From NCBI GenBank assembly GCA_964593885.1, contig CAZQKK010000001.1, positions 105,929 through 169,928 of the forward strand: a DNA stretch of 64,000 nt, in the 5' to 3' direction. Made by a program: the position numbers and the translations under genes. Numbering within the stretch: position 1 is the first letter of the stretch; each line of letters starts with the position of its first letter. The stretch comes from an uncultured Candidatus Saccharibacteria bacterium. GTDB taxonomy: Bacteria; Patescibacteriota; UBA1384; CAILIB01. The notes under the pieces were generated by a model, which worked only from the letters and a program-made list of their open reading frames with translations, was not told where the DNA came from and did no database searches. Below are positions 1 through 10,610 of this stretch, one piece after another.

Positions 1-662
<662 letters not shown>

Positions 663-714
663 TTATCAGCTCTAGGTTACCATTTTGCGGGGACTTCAAT
701 CAAACCTGATTTTG

Positions 715-723
715 TGGTATAGT
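715..723 (+). promoter_or_regulatory. Candidate extended -10 element (TGgTATAGT) in the eno/pyk divergent intergenic region
   Basis: TGGTATAGT at 715-723 with a weak -35-like TTCAAT 17 bp upstream. pyk starts about 108 bp downstream. Confidence 0.3.
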
Positions 724-830
724 GGTCGGGTTGGTTTGGCTCGCTCACATCTTTTGCTCACCACCAAACCAGGTAGTGCCCAGAAGTAGGAAGCGGCCTC
801 CAGCGCAACTACCCCACGTAACCTGTCGTC

Positions 831-1907
831 ATGTCAAATATGCTTGGTGACTCGCTCGCCAAAACCCGCACTCGCTACATTGCCACCCTCGGTCCTGCAA
901 GCAGCAACCGTGAGGCCATGGAAAAGCTCATCCTCGCCGGTGTTACCATGTTCCGTAACAACTTCGCCCACGCCCAGTACGATGAGTACCGTGAGAGGAT
1001 GCAGATCCTCAAAGACCTCAACGCAAAGCTTGGCACCAATGTACTCATGCAAGCTGACATCCAGGGAACCAACATCCGGGTTGGCATGCTCCCACCAGAT
1101 GGCAAAATGGAACTCACCGAGGGTCATACCTACGTCTGCGTTACCAATGGTGGTGAACTTGGCGAGGGCGAGATCCCTATCAACGATGACCACCTCCACA
1201 CCGAGGTAAAAGTAGGTGAGCCTTTCACCTTTGCTGATGGCGCCATTGAGGGAACCGTCACTGCTGTAGATGGACACAAGATCACCGTTGAGGTTATCAA
1301 TAGTGGCATCCTTAAACAGCGCAAGAGCATCAATGTCCCAGAGACAGATCTCAACCGCTCGTGTATCACCGATAAGGACAAGAAAGACCTCGATTTCCTC
1401 ATTAACGATGCAGGCGTAGACTGGCTAGCCCTCTCATTCGTTGCAAACGCAGCTGAGATTGAAGAGGTGAGGCAGCTCATTGGTGACAAGCCAATCAAGA
1501 TCATGAGCAAGATTGAGCGAAAGAAGGCAATTGAGAACATGTACGAGATCATCAAAGCTTCAGACGCTGTCATGATTGCGCGAGGAGACCTTGGTATTGA
1601 GGTTCCTATGGAGGAGGTGCCAATTATCTCCAAGCAAATGATTGCCATGGCTCACCAGCTTGAGACCCCCGTGGTTACCGCAACCCAAATGATGCTTTCC
1701 ATGGTCCACTCAGCCCGCCCAACCCGCGCTGAGGTATCAGATGTAGCAAATGCCATCTTCGATAGGACTGATGCCGTGATGCTCTCAGAGGAAACCGCCG
1801 AAGGTGTCCACCCCGACCTCGCTCTCGCAACTATGGTAAAGATCTCCCGTCGCGTAGAGGACTACATGTACGGCAGGCCAAACTACTTCGAGCAACACGA
1901 GAAGTAG
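831..1907 (+). CDS. pyk: Pyruvate kinase (short, 358 aa; appears to lack the C-terminal regulatory domain)
   Basis: N-terminus RTRYIATLGPASSNREAMEKLILAGVTMFRNNFAHA matches the PK signature (K-I-x-T-x-GP-A-S..N-x-R-x-N-FSHG). Barrel-domain motifs MIARGDLGIEVP are present. Confidence 0.85.
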   Translation: MSNMLGDSLAKTRTRYIATLGPASSNREAMEKLILAGVTMFRNNFAHAQYDEYRERMQILKDLNAKLGTNVLMQADIQGTNIRVGMLPPDGKMELTEGHTYVCVTNGGELGEGEIPINDDHLHTEVKVGEPFTFADGAIEGTVTAVDGHKITVEVINSGILKQRKSINVPETDLNRSCITDKDKKDLDFLINDAGVDWLALSFVANAAEIEEVRQLIGDKPIKIMSKIERKKAIENMYEIIKASDAVMIARGDLGIEVPMEEVPIISKQMIAMAHQLETPVVTATQMMLSMVHSARPTRAEVSDVANAIFDRTDAVMLSEETAEGVHPDLALATMVKISRRVEDYMYGRPNYFEQHEK

Positions 1908-1920
1908 AAAAAACAAAAAA

Positions 1921-1949
1921 AACCACCCCGGGAAGGGTGGTTTTTCTTT
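1921..1949 (+). terminator. Rho-independent terminator after pyk
   Basis: AACCACCC-cgggaa-GGGTGGTT 8 bp stem followed by a TTTTTCTTTC run. Confidence 0.7.
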
Positions 1950-1963
1950 CTCTGAACTCTCTC

Positions 1964-2038
1964 AAGCAAATTACATATCGAACGTACACCGAAGGTGTAC
2001 ATAGGATACTTTCCTTTTGTGAGCGATGTAATTTGCTT
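1964..2038. repeat. Nested inverted-repeat element: 13 bp perfect IR arms (AAGCAAATTACAT / ATGTAATTTGCTT) enclosing a perfect 7 bp hairpin GTACACC-gaa-GGTGTAC
   Basis: Arms at 1964-1976 and 2026-2038; inner hairpin at 1984-2000. It lies between convergent genes. Confidence 0.6.
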
Positions 2039-2046
2039 AGAGTAGT

Positions 2047-2325
2047 TTAGAGGTTATCCAGACTGCCTGCGTCAAAATCTGCCTCGGTAACTGAATCAAA
2101 CTCGGTATCAAATACCTCGATTTCCTTCTTGAGGTCGGTACTTACCGTTGGAGTTGCCGTTGGTGTAGCAGTACTTGCTGCAGTAGTTGGTGTGGCAGTA
2201 GCCTGAGCAACTGTTCGGTCACCAACGACGGCCTTATCTTGCTGTGAGAGGATGAGTGCGTACCCGCCGCCGCCAATAATTGCTGCAACGAGGGTGAGGA
2301 TGCTGAGTGTTTTTGAAGGCTTCAT
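2047..2325 (-). CDS. Small secreted/membrane-anchored protein with TPT-rich tail
   Basis: ORF with N-terminal hydrophobic segment LSILTLVAAIIGGGGYALIL and a TATPTTAASTATPTATPT low-complexity region. Confidence 0.5.
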   Translation of the reverse strand: MKPSKTLSILTLVAAIIGGGGYALILSQQDKAVVGDRTVAQATATPTTAASTATPTATPTVSTDLKKEIEVFDTEFDSVTEADFDAGSLDNL

Positions 2326-2330
2326 GTGAC

Positions 2331-3095
2331 TTAGTTAGCTGAAGCGGAACTGGTAGCGGTAGGACTTGGACTGGCACTTGAAGCAGCATCACGTGAGTCT
2401 TTGAGTGCCTTAATGTCTACCTTCACCACTGCCTTCCAGTACTCCCGTGCATCTTTGAGGGCGTCCCTGAAGGCTTTGTACTCGGTCTTACTTGCTGAAA
2501 GCTGCTCCTTAAAGGCTCCCTCAGATTCCCCACAGGTGTATGCCTCTGTAGCGGTGAGCGAGGCGCTATAGGCAGCAAAGGTACTCTTCACCAAGTCAGC
2601 CTTACCCTTGAAGGTTGCAAGGTCTGCATCTAGCTTTGCGGTGTTGTACCCAGCAGCAGCCAGCTTCTTACTCAACTCTGTGGCGCGTGTGTAGAGCCTA
2701 TCCTGGTTGTCGAGGTGTTTCTGCTTGGCTGTCTCGTGACGGGTGAGCACAGCAGCAATCTTTGTCTCAATTTTCTCACACCCAGCAGCTAGACGTGCCT
2801 CACGGGTTTTTCTCTCATCTTTCTCGGATTCAGTCTCATTCTCCTGCTCTTCGGTTGACTTACGCTTCTCCAAGTTTTCAGTCTTCAACTTTGCCTTTTC
2901 GGCCTTCTTGAGTGCCTCAGCAGCCTTCTTGGCTAGCTCAGCCTTCCTTTCGGTAAGTTCAGTGGTGCTTGATTTTCCCGAGCCTGATCCTGATCCAGAA
3001 CCTGAGGATTCACCGTCTTTACCAAAGGTAAGCGTAGGCACTGAGGCCAGCAACATGACAAGCACGAGAGTTGAGTAGAGGAGTTTCTTCTGCAT
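2331..3095 (-). CDS. Secreted coiled-coil protein (signal peptide, GSGSGSGSG linker, K/E/A-rich helical region)
   Basis: Signal-peptide-like N-terminus MQKKLLYSTLVLVMLLASVPTLTFG. Highly charged heptad-like sequence with no recognised catalytic motif. Confidence 0.5.
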   Translation of the reverse strand: MQKKLLYSTLVLVMLLASVPTLTFGKDGESSGSGSGSGSGKSSTTELTERKAELAKKAAEALKKAEKAKLKTENLEKRKSTEEQENETESEKDERKTREARLAAGCEKIETKIAAVLTRHETAKQKHLDNQDRLYTRATELSKKLAAAGYNTAKLDADLATFKGKADLVKSTFAAYSASLTATEAYTCGESEGAFKEQLSASKTEYKAFRDALKDAREYWKAVVKVDIKALKDSRDAASSASPSPTATSSASAN

Positions 3096-3142
3096 GAAAG
3101 GTAATTCTTACAGGTTGAGTGTAGACATTATACCACAGCTTC

Positions 3143-4435
3143 CTAGGCTTCTGGCTTGCCCATCGCTTGGTTCATCAGAATTTTTGCGTGCTCTACTCCT
3201 GGCTGATCGTAAGCATTCACATCCCAGAATTCGCCACCGTAAGCAGTGGCAAGCTCAAAGAAGTAGAGGAGCATGCCCACGTGGTAGGCATCTAGCTTCG
3301 TAACCGATAGCTTCAAGCTTGGCCTTCCTTCTCGGTGGAGAGCTTCGGCTGTTGCGTCTGCCTCGTGAGAAACCACATCTTTCATCTGCTTACCCGCAAG
3401 GTAGGAAATGCTTGGGATATCTGGGAATGCCTCAGGGAGCTCAAGGTTCACAAAACTCTCATCAACAGTAAGGAAGGTGATGATCTTATCCTCGGGACCC
3501 TCTATGTAGAGCTGTACCTGAGAGTGTTGATCGGTAGGCCCCACTGCAGCCACCGGAGTTGGACCTGTGTTCACTACCTTTCCAGACCTATCAAGCTTCT
3601 TCCCTAAACTTTCAGCCCAGATTTGGCGGTACCAGAGACCCAGCTCACGCATGCTGTAGGTGTAGGCGAAGAGAACACTTATAGGCCTTCCCTCAAGGTA
3701 GGCAAGGTACTGGTGGTAGGCAAACTTGAGTGGAAGGCTAGCTTCTTTATCCTTTGCATCTTCTGCTGCAATTTCCCTCGCCCCAGCCAGCATCTGGCTC
3801 ACATCGATTCCTGCAAGAGCTAAGGGGAAGAGCCCTACTGCTGAGAGAACTGAAAACCTTCCACCAACATCTGGTGGCACAGAGAGGCTGCGGTAACCCT
3901 CTTGGTTGGTAAGCTTCCTAAGGAGGCCAGTTTCTGGGTCAGTTACGGTAATAATTCGCTGCTGGGTTACCTCTTCGCCCACCTCTTTGAGCAACCTATC
4001 TCGCAAGAGGATGAAGGTTGCCATCTGCTCAAGGGTGTTCCCTGACTTTGAGATCATCACAACAGCTGTGGAGCTCAGGTCTACCACATCGAGGATTTCC
4101 TGGAGGGGAACCGGGTCGGTGGTATCGCCGGCAAAGAAGAGTTGTGGCCTACCGTTTCGGTACTCTGGCTTGAAGTTGTAGAACTGGTGGTTGAGCATGC
4201 GCTGAACCGCCCTCGCCCCAAGGTCTGAGCCCCCGATACCAACCACAATGACGCTATCAACCTCACTCGCAACTTGATCTGCTAGTTCAGTAATATCACC
4301 AACTGTTGCAAAAGGAAGCTTGCTAAATCCAAGCTTAGACTGGGAGATTTGCTGCTGAACTGCTTGGTAAGCCTCTGTTTCCCGCTCGGGTAAGAGCTTT
4401 CCTGGTGAGAAAAAATTTGAATCTAACGAAATCAT
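3143..4435 (-). CDS. pgi: Glucose-6-phosphate isomerase
   Basis: 430 aa ORF whose overall sequence resembles the PGI/SIS family (e.g. ...SVIVVGIGGSDLGARAV..., ...DQHSQVQLYIEGPEDK...). Confidence 0.75.
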   Translation of the reverse strand: MISLDSNFFSPGKLLPERETEAYQAVQQQISQSKLGFSKLPFATVGDITELADQVASEVDSVIVVGIGGSDLGARAVQRMLNHQFYNFKPEYRNGRPQLFFAGDTTDPVPLQEILDVVDLSSTAVVMISKSGNTLEQMATFILLRDRLLKEVGEEVTQQRIITVTDPETGLLRKLTNQEGYRSLSVPPDVGGRFSVLSAVGLFPLALAGIDVSQMLAGAREIAAEDAKDKEASLPLKFAYHQYLAYLEGRPISVLFAYTYSMRELGLWYRQIWAESLGKKLDRSGKVVNTGPTPVAAVGPTDQHSQVQLYIEGPEDKIITFLTVDESFVNLELPEAFPDIPSISYLAGKQMKDVVSHEADATAEALHREGRPSLKLSVTKLDAYHVGMLLYFFELATAYGGEFWDVNAYDQPGVEHAKILMNQAMGKPEA

Positions 4436-4453
4436 GAGGAGTTGGTTACTGGA

Positions 4454-5344
4454 CTACTCCAGTGTAACCCAAAACAGCCGCTGCTTGAGCCTTCTCAAGG
4501 CGCCTCTTGAGGCAGTAATGAGCATTGGTAGCTCCTGGAGCGAAAGTACCCATGCCACTTCCTCACTTGGAAGCACCACTGAGAGACCCCCTTGGACATC
4601 TAACCCAACCTGCACCACAGCGTTCTTTGGTTGCTGCTTTCGAATGCCCTCTAGCGCAAGCTGTTTCTGATCTGAGATAAGCTCGCTCTGGAGCAAGGAG
4701 ATCCCAAGCTGTTGAGCTACGGTGAGGGCTATAGGACTCTTGAGTGCAGTGAGGAGCTCAACCGCAATCCCTTCACTGTGTAGGCTCTCAATCACCTCTG
4801 GTGCATGGGGGTGGAGTGGGTAGAAACAGGCAAACACACCTAGCAAGCGCTTGGGTTGCTTCTGGGCAAGGAAGAGTGTGTACTTGCCCTCCTGTTGAAA
4901 CTGCCTGATGAGCGTCTGGACACTCATCCCAAGTTCAATGGCTTCCTGAGCCATGCAAGCTTCATCTCCCAGAATGTACCACGTCCTATCTAGCTTACCC
5001 ACGAGACCCAGGGGAGCAATCTGATCCACATCTACCTCCCTCACCATCAGCCCCATCGCCCGAGCCGCCTCAACAATTGGCCTGAAAGAAACTCCCCGAG
5101 CCTCTGCAGCTAACCCTGCCGCAAGCTGGAGAACCTGCTGCTTCACATCCATAGTCTGATCTTGGAAGGCAAAAAACTGGGCGAGCTCAGGTTTGCCGGC
5201 GTAGAAGAATGAGGTACTTGGAAAGACTACCGCTTGGAGCTGCGCCAGCTCAACGAGTGAGGCAATAGAGGGTATGTTAAACGACCCCTGTGCTTTGGCG
5301 TTGACGTCGGTGAGGATGCGTTGGAGGTACCAGTTGGTGAGCAT
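4454..5344 (-). CDS. Hypothetical protein (296 aa); possibly a DNA polymerase III delta-like clamp-loader subunit
   Basis: Long ORF with consistent codon usage and no signature motif I can identify with confidence. Confidence 0.4.
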   Translation of the reverse strand: MLTNWYLQRILTDVNAKAQGSFNIPSIASLVELAQLQAVVFPSTSFFYAGKPELAQFFAFQDQTMDVKQQVLQLAAGLAAEARGVSFRPIVEAARAMGLMVREVDVDQIAPLGLVGKLDRTWYILGDEACMAQEAIELGMSVQTLIRQFQQEGKYTLFLAQKQPKRLLGVFACFYPLHPHAPEVIESLHSEGIAVELLTALKSPIALTVAQQLGISLLQSELISDQKQLALEGIRKQQPKNAVVQVGLDVQGGLSVVLPSEEVAWVLSLQELPMLITASRGALRRLKQRLFWVTLE

Positions 5345-5410
5345 GACTCCTTCACTATAGCAGCCTCATTTGTTCTTTCGTACCAGGTTAGTTTCTGGTA
5401 GGCTACGGTC

Positions 5411-5698
5411 ATGCAAGAAGCGAGTCTCCACCACCGAGTTTCAGAGCTCATTACCCAGATCCAGCCGGCACTCGGCCTCCACGGTGGCTCAATAGAGCTC
5501 GTAGAGATTACTCCTGATAATGTTGTGAAACTCAGGTTTAAGGGTGCCTGCATTGGGTGTGCTGCCGCAGACCTCACCCTAGAGTACGGCCTCAAGGAAA
5601 TGCTCATGATGCAGATTGAGGAGATTGAAGACGTGGTTGCAGTGAACACCGAGCCTGTCACCCACGCCGCACCACCAACACCTTTCATCCATGCTTAA
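5411..5698 (+). CDS. nfu: NifU-like (Nfu-type) Fe-S cluster scaffold/carrier domain protein
   Basis: GGSIELVEI...KGACIGCAAAD CxxC motif typical of the NifU C-terminal/Nfu domain. Immediately upstream of sufC. Confidence 0.7.
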   Translation: MQEASLHHRVSELITQIQPALGLHGGSIELVEITPDNVVKLRFKGACIGCAAADLTLEYGLKEMLMMQIEEIEDVVAVNTEPVTHAAPPTPFIHA

Positions 5699-6452
5699 GG
5701 TTACCAAACTCACCGGTGGGCTTCCTGAAAAAACAATTCTCAACGGCTTTTCGCTCACCGTGAAGCCGGGATCCATCCACGCCCTCATGGGGGTAAACGG
5801 ATCAGGAAAGTCTACCTTCGCCAGCATCCTAGCCGGTAGTCCCACCTACCAGGTAACCAGCGGAAGCATTTCTTGGCAGGGGAGCGATACTACCGAGATG
5901 TCCCCCGAGGACATTTCCCGGTCAGGCATCTTCCTCGCCTTCCAGTACCCTGTGGCAATACCAGGAGTTTCGGTTGCGCAGTTCCTCCGCCTTGCCCTCA
6001 ACTCACACGAGAAATCACGGGGGAGCGAAGTCACCAAGCTGGCGCCCTTCCTCAAAGCTCTCAAGGTTGCCATGCGTGAGCTGCAGCTTCCGTGGAGTTT
6101 TGCCGAACGTGCAGTGAACGACGGCTTCTCAGGGGGCGAAAAAAAGCGTCTCGAGATGCTCCAGATGCTCATGCTCAAACCCAAGCTGGTTATCCTTGAC
6201 GAGATTGACTCAGGCCTGGACGTTGACGCCATGAAACTTGTGGCAGCAGCGGTACATTCGCTCAAAGCACAGCAGCCCGAAACCAGCTTCCTGATCATCA
6301 CCCACTACAACCGCCTCCTCAAGCTCATCACCCCTGATTTTGTCCACATTGTCTCAGCAGGTAAGGTAGAGAAGAGTGGCGATGCCACCCTCGCCCACAC
6401 CGTTGAAGAACATGGCTACACCAACCTAAATCCATCCCATGAAAACGCTTAA
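5691..6452 (+). CDS. sufC: SufC Fe-S cluster assembly ATPase
   Basis: Walker A GVNGSGKST, ABC signature FSGGEKKR, Walker B LVILDEIDSGLD. Sits in a suf gene context. Confidence 0.9.
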   Translation: MLKVTKLTGGLPEKTILNGFSLTVKPGSIHALMGVNGSGKSTFASILAGSPTYQVTSGSISWQGSDTTEMSPEDISRSGIFLAFQYPVAIPGVSVAQFLRLALNSHEKSRGSEVTKLAPFLKALKVAMRELQLPWSFAERAVNDGFSGGEKKRLEMLQMLMLKPKLVILDEIDSGLDVDAMKLVAAAVHSLKAQQPETSFLIITHYNRLLKLITPDFVHIVSAGKVEKSGDATLAHTVEEHGYTNLNPSHENA

Positions 6453-7014
6453 CCGAGACATCGAGTTCCTCTTCCAGCTTGGAACCCTCAGGCACATTGA
6501 GCGAGCTTGGCGGCAGTACTTCGGCATTGATGTTGCCAATGACCTCGAGCACAGTGTAAGGGTTGCTTTCACCGCCCTCCTCATCGCACGCATGGAAAAG
6601 AAAGATGTAGACGAAGGCATGGTTTTCAAGATGGCACTGGTGCACGACCTTGCCGAGAGCCTCACTGGAGACCTCACCCCGGTTCAGAAACGCTACCTCA
6701 AGGTAGACGAAGACCGTGCAGTTGAAGACATGTTTGGCGACACTGCTTTCGCGGATTTTGTCCCACTCATCTCGAGGTACAAGGAGCGAAAGTGCCTGGA
6801 ATCCCAGTGCGTGAAAGATGCCGACAACCTCGATGTAGACCTGGAGATGCACGAGCTTGAGGAGCTTGGCCACCACATGGTTGAGCACTGGAAGCCAGGC
6901 AGGCTCAAGATGAGGAATGAGAAGTTCTACACCAAGTCTGCAGGGGAAATTTGGGATGCCATCCAAGGCTCTCGCCCATCCACCTGGCAGGACACCATAC
7001 TCGGTAAGCAGTAG
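6439..7014 (+). CDS. HD-domain phosphohydrolase (YfbR-like) inserted between sufC and sufB
   Basis: H...HD...D motif: [27 protein letters not shown]. Overlaps the sufC end by 14 bp. Confidence 0.75.
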   Translation: MKTLNRDIEFLFQLGTLRHIERAWRQYFGIDVANDLEHSVRVAFTALLIARMEKKDVDEGMVFKMALVHDLAESLTGDLTPVQKRYLKVDEDRAVEDMFGDTAFADFVPLISRYKERKCLESQCVKDADNLDVDLEMHELEELGHHMVEHWKPGRLKMRNEKFYTKSAGEIWDAIQGSRPSTWQDTILGKQ

Positions 7015-7015
7015 C

Positions 7016-8410
7016 TTGAGCGAAAGCTACGTCCCTACCGCCTACCGCTTTGGCTTCTCGGATCCAGAAGCCTCGCTTGCGCGTACCCCAAAGGGCCTCA
7101 CCGAGGAAACCGTCAGGGCAATCTCTGCTTACAAGAACGAGCCTGAGTGGATGCTCGAAAAGCGCCTCGCCGCCCTCAAGATTTTCACTGAGAAACCCCT
7201 CCCTCCCTGGGGTCCAGATCTATCTGGGCTAGACTTCGAGGAGATGACCTACTTCCTCCGCGCCACCGACAAACCTGAGCGTACATGGGAAGAGGTTCCG
7301 GACAGCATCAAGAAAACCTTTGAGTACATTGGGGTTCCTGAGGCAGAGAGGCACTTCCTAGCAGGAGCTGCCGCCCAGTACGACAGTGAAGCTGTCTACC
7401 ACAACCTCCAGGAAGAGTGGGAGAAACTTGGGGTAGTCTTCCTAGATATGGACACTGCTCTACGAGAGCACGAGGAAGTGGTGAAACGACACTTCGCTAC
7501 CATCGTCCCCTCCCACGACAACAAGTTTGCCGCCCTCAATACCGCTGTCTGGAGCGGAGGCTCGTATGTCTACGTTCCAGCTGGCGTGAAGCTGGACATC
7601 CCCCTCCAAGCCTACTTTAGGATTAACGCCAAGAACTCTGGCCAGTTTGAGCGAACCCTGATCATTGCCGAAGCAGGCTCAGAGGTGCACTACGTTGAGG
7701 GCTGCTCAGCTCCGGTGTACACCACAGACTCACTCCATGCGGCCGTGGTTGAAGTGATTGTGAAAGAAGGAGCCCGGGTGAGGTACACCACCATCCAGAA
7801 CTGGTCTGGGGATGTCTACAACCTCGTGACGAAACGAGCCACTGCCCAGAAAAATGCCACCATGGAGTGGGTAGACTGCAACCTTGGCTCTAAGGTAACC
7901 ATGAAGTACCCTTCGGTGTACCTCTTGGGCGAAGGCTCACGTGCCGAGGTGCTCTCGCTCGCTCTAGCCGGAAGCGGGCAGCACCAGGATGCTGGCACCA
8001 AGATCTTCCACATGGCACCCAATACCAGTTCGCTGGTTACCGCAAAGTCTGTCTCTCACAGTGGGGGGCGAAGTTCCTACCGCGGCCTCATGCACATCAG
8101 CTCAAAGGCTACAGGTGCCACCACCAAGGTTGTCTGCGATGCCCTCATCTTGGATGAAGCTTCACGTTCTGACACCTATCCAACCATTGATGTGAAGCAA
8201 TCGCAGTCTCAGGTTGAGCACGAGGCAACCGTCTCTCGCCTCGGCGAGGAACAGCTCTTCTACCTTAGGTCCAGGGGATTTAGTAAAGAAGAAGCCAGTG
8301 CCCTTATCGTGAATGGCTTCCTAGAGCCTATAGTCAAGGAGCTTCCCATGGAGTACGCCCTGGAGATGAACCGCCTGATTGAGCTACAGATGGAGGGGAG
8401 TGTTGGGTAA
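7016..8410 (+). CDS. sufB: SufB Fe-S cluster assembly protein; proposed TTG start at 7016 directly after the HD stop (the ORF-track start 6917 would overlap the HD gene by 98 bp)
   Basis: From TTG 7016 the translation [18 protein letters not shown]...[16 protein letters not shown] matches the canonical SufB N-terminus. The C-terminal beta-helix region is conserved. Confidence 0.8.
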   Translation: MSESYVPTAYRFGFSDPEASLARTPKGLTEETVRAISAYKNEPEWMLEKRLAALKIFTEKPLPPWGPDLSGLDFEEMTYFLRATDKPERTWEEVPDSIKKTFEYIGVPEAERHFLAGAAAQYDSEAVYHNLQEEWEKLGVVFLDMDTALREHEEVVKRHFATIVPSHDNKFAALNTAVWSGGSYVYVPAGVKLDIPLQAYFRINAKNSGQFERTLIIAEAGSEVHYVEGCSAPVYTTDSLHAAVVEVIVKEGARVRYTTIQNWSGDVYNLVTKRATAQKNATMEWVDCNLGSKVTMKYPSVYLLGEGSRAEVLSLALAGSGQHQDAGTKIFHMAPNTSSLVTAKSVSHSGGRSSYRGLMHISSKATGATTKVVCDALILDEASRSDTYPTIDVKQSQSQVEHEATVSRLGEEQLFYLRSRGFSKEEASALIVNGFLEPIVKELPMEYALEMNRLIELQMEGSVG

Positions 8411-8572
8411 CAAAAAAAGCTACGGGTGGTTACCCGTAGCCAAAGAAGAGCTTGTCATTCACCAGCGCCCAAATGAAGCCAACTAGCATTACAACTACAG
8501 CAGCCCAGGTTAACACCCTGACCAGGGTATACGCGGCAGCAATCTCGCCGAGTTCTCCCCATCTCCGGTGTC

Positions 8573-8815
8573 TCACCGGGCAATCCTCAGAGTCGCCCGC
8601 TCGTGCTTCTCGGTCTGTCGAACCTCGTAGAGCATGTAGCAAATCACGAGTGCCGTGAATAGTAGCTCAACAAGGATGCAACTTGGCACTTCCGACAGGT
8701 GGAGTACCCCAGCCAGCCAGCAACCGAAGCTAATCAGTAGCGCATGGAAGGCAACTGTCCCAATGACAACCACCAAGAGAAAACAGATATCTGTGAAACC
8801 TAACCTATCATCCAT
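8573..8815 (-). CDS. Small 2-TM membrane protein antisense to the suf operon; possibly continuous with ORF 8430-8642 via a frameshift
   Basis: Two hydrophobic helices ICFLLVVVIGTVAFHALLISFGCWLAGVL and ILVELLFTALVICYMLY. The adjacent minus-strand ORF 8430-8642 encodes another TM helix and overlaps by 70 bp in a different frame. Confidence 0.35.
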   Translation of the reverse strand: MDDRLGFTDICFLLVVVIGTVAFHALLISFGCWLAGVLHLSEVPSCILVELLFTALVICYMLYEVRQTEKHERATLRIAR

Positions 8816-8875
8816 CTTTCCGCCTCACTGGCATTTCTAAGCTTTTTTTGGGATAACGTCAAGGTAACACTCCAC

Positions 8876-9409
8876 ATGTCCACTGATACGTCACCAGCAA
8901 TTACCTACATTTCGGAGAGCGGCACGTACCTAGTGAAACCTGGTGCTTCTCACCTACACCTCAGTGTGGCCAAGTCACTTGACCTGCGCTTCCAGCTCAG
9001 CCTTCCTGGTAGCAGATTGCTACTTACAGGACTTGCTGTTGCTGACAGTGGCGAGAGTACCACCAGCATTACCGTTGAGCACCTCGCACCAGATACCCAT
9101 GCTGAGGTCTTGGTAAAAACACTTGGAACTGGAAGTTCAAAGAGTAGTTTCAGTGGACTCCTGAGCATTGCCCCCAACATGCCGGGCTGCAGTTCGTTCC
9201 TCACCCACAAGAGTCTCCTGTTTGATACCGCCACTAGTAAGTCATGGCCTGCCCTTGAGATCTCCAACAACCAGGTGAAGTGTTCACACGCGGTTACCTC
9301 GCGCACCATCACCGACACAGACCTCTTCTACCTCCGCTCACGTGGACTTACACCTGAAGACTCACGTAGACTGCTTGTAGAAGCATTCACCGCAGACGTC
9401 ACGTTCTAG
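8876..9409 (+). CDS. sufD: SufD-like protein, minimal (177 aa, C-terminal core only)
   Basis: C-terminal ...FYLRSRGLTPEDSRRLLVEAF motif shared with the SufB/SufD C-termini (compare suf[22 protein letters not shown] in this window). Confidence 0.6.
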   Translation: MSTDTSPAITYISESGTYLVKPGASHLHLSVAKSLDLRFQLSLPGSRLLLTGLAVADSGESTTSITVEHLAPDTHAEVLVKTLGTGSSKSSFSGLLSIAPNMPGCSSFLTHKSLLFDTATSKSWPALEISNNQVKCSHAVTSRTITDTDLFYLRSRGLTPEDSRRLLVEAFTADVTF

Positions 9410-9410
9410 T

Positions 9411-10610
9411 ATGTACCGCCACCTCTTTCCCGTCTTTGCCTCACACCCTGACTTGGTCTACCTGGATAGCGCCGCCACCACCCAGAAGCCCCAAGCGGTC
9501 ATTGACACTATTTCTCAGTACTACTCCGGTGGAGTAGCCAACCCAGACCGCGGACTCTACAGCCTGAGCGTCAGCGCTAGTGAAGACGTACTACGTGCAC
9601 GCAGGGTTGTAGCGGATTTCATTGGCGCCAGCGAGGACTCTCATGTAGTCTTCACTTCAGGAGCCACTGCCTCAATCAACCTGGTGGTGAACGGGTTACG
9701 CAGCCAGCTTCAGCCTGGAGACGAAATCATCCTCTCCCACCTCGAGCACAGCTCAAACCTCATCCCCTGGCAGCAAGTAGCCGAAGAAAGGTCACTCACC
9801 CTCAAGTTTCTCCCAGTAGAACCTGAAACCGGCGAGGTAACCATAGGGGAGCTTCCTTCGCTCCTCACCGAGAAAACCAAGATAGTTGCACTTAGCCTCA
9901 CATCAAATGTCTTTGGGAGCACTTCTCCCTTGGGTGAGGTAAAAAAAATCCTGACTGAGCAGGGGAGTGGTGCGCTTTTCCTCATTGATGCGTCACAAAC
10001 CATTTCACATTCCCTTATTTCTGTTACAAAACTTGGCGCAGACTTTGTAGTCTTCTCAAGCCATAAACTCTACGGACCAAGCGGCACCGGTGTCCTCTGG
10101 GGGACTGCCACTTCCCTCTCCAAGCTCACCCCCTCACTCACCGGCGGAGGCACCTCTAGCCGCGTCACCACCACCTCAACAAGCTTTAAGGATCTCCCCG
10201 AGAAACTTGAGGGAGGCACCCTCAATGTTGAGGGCATTATTGGGACTGAGGCTGCAATCTCATTCCTCAAAAGTATTGGTTACGATGCCATCTCAGCACA
10301 CCTGACGAGCCTCAGCGCATACGCTCGCAACCAACTAGCAACCATTCCTGGCCTCAACCTCATTTCGCCTGAGAGTAGCCAGAGCATCATCTCATTCACC
10401 ATTGAAGGGATTCACCCCCACGACATCGCTCAAGCCTGCGCCGATGCCAACATTTGCATTAGAGCTGGCCAGCACTGCGCCGGTCCTCTCCACGATGCCC
10501 TCAACCTGAGCGCATCCGCGCGCGTGAGTTTTGGTCTCTACAACACCACTGAAGATGTGGACAAGCTCCTGGCAGTACTTCAGGAACTAGCCGCAGCCTA
10601 CCGTGCTTAG
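9411..10610 (+). CDS. sufS: Cysteine desulfurase SufS
   Basis: Class V aminotransferase with PLP lysine motif FSSHKLYGPSG and catalytic Cys region RAGQHCAGP. Confidence 0.9.
   Translation: MYRHLFPVFASHPDLVYLDSAATTQKPQAVIDTISQYYSGGVANPDRGLYSLSVSASEDVLRARRVVADFIGASEDSHVVFTSGATASINLVVNGLRSQLQPGDEIILSHLEHSSNLIPWQQVAEERSLTLKFLPVEPETGEVTIGELPSLLTEKTKIVALSLTSNVFGSTSPLGEVKKILTEQGSGALFLIDASQTISHSLISVTKLGADFVVFSSHKLYGPSGTGVLWGTATSLSKLTPSLTGGGTSSRVTTTSTSFKDLPEKLEGGTLNVEGIIGTEAAISFLKSIGYDAISAHLTSLSAYARNQLATIPGLNLISPESSQSIISFTIEGIHPHDIAQACADANICIRAGQHCAGPLHDALNLSASARVSFGLYNTTEDVDKLLAVLQELAAAYRA

Noticed and set aside
6917-7015. ORF-track SufB start at ATG 6917
   Set aside because: It would overlap the HD hydrolase gene by 98 bp in another frame. 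TTG 7016, immediately after the HD stop, yields the canonical SufB N-terminus [14 protein letters not shown].
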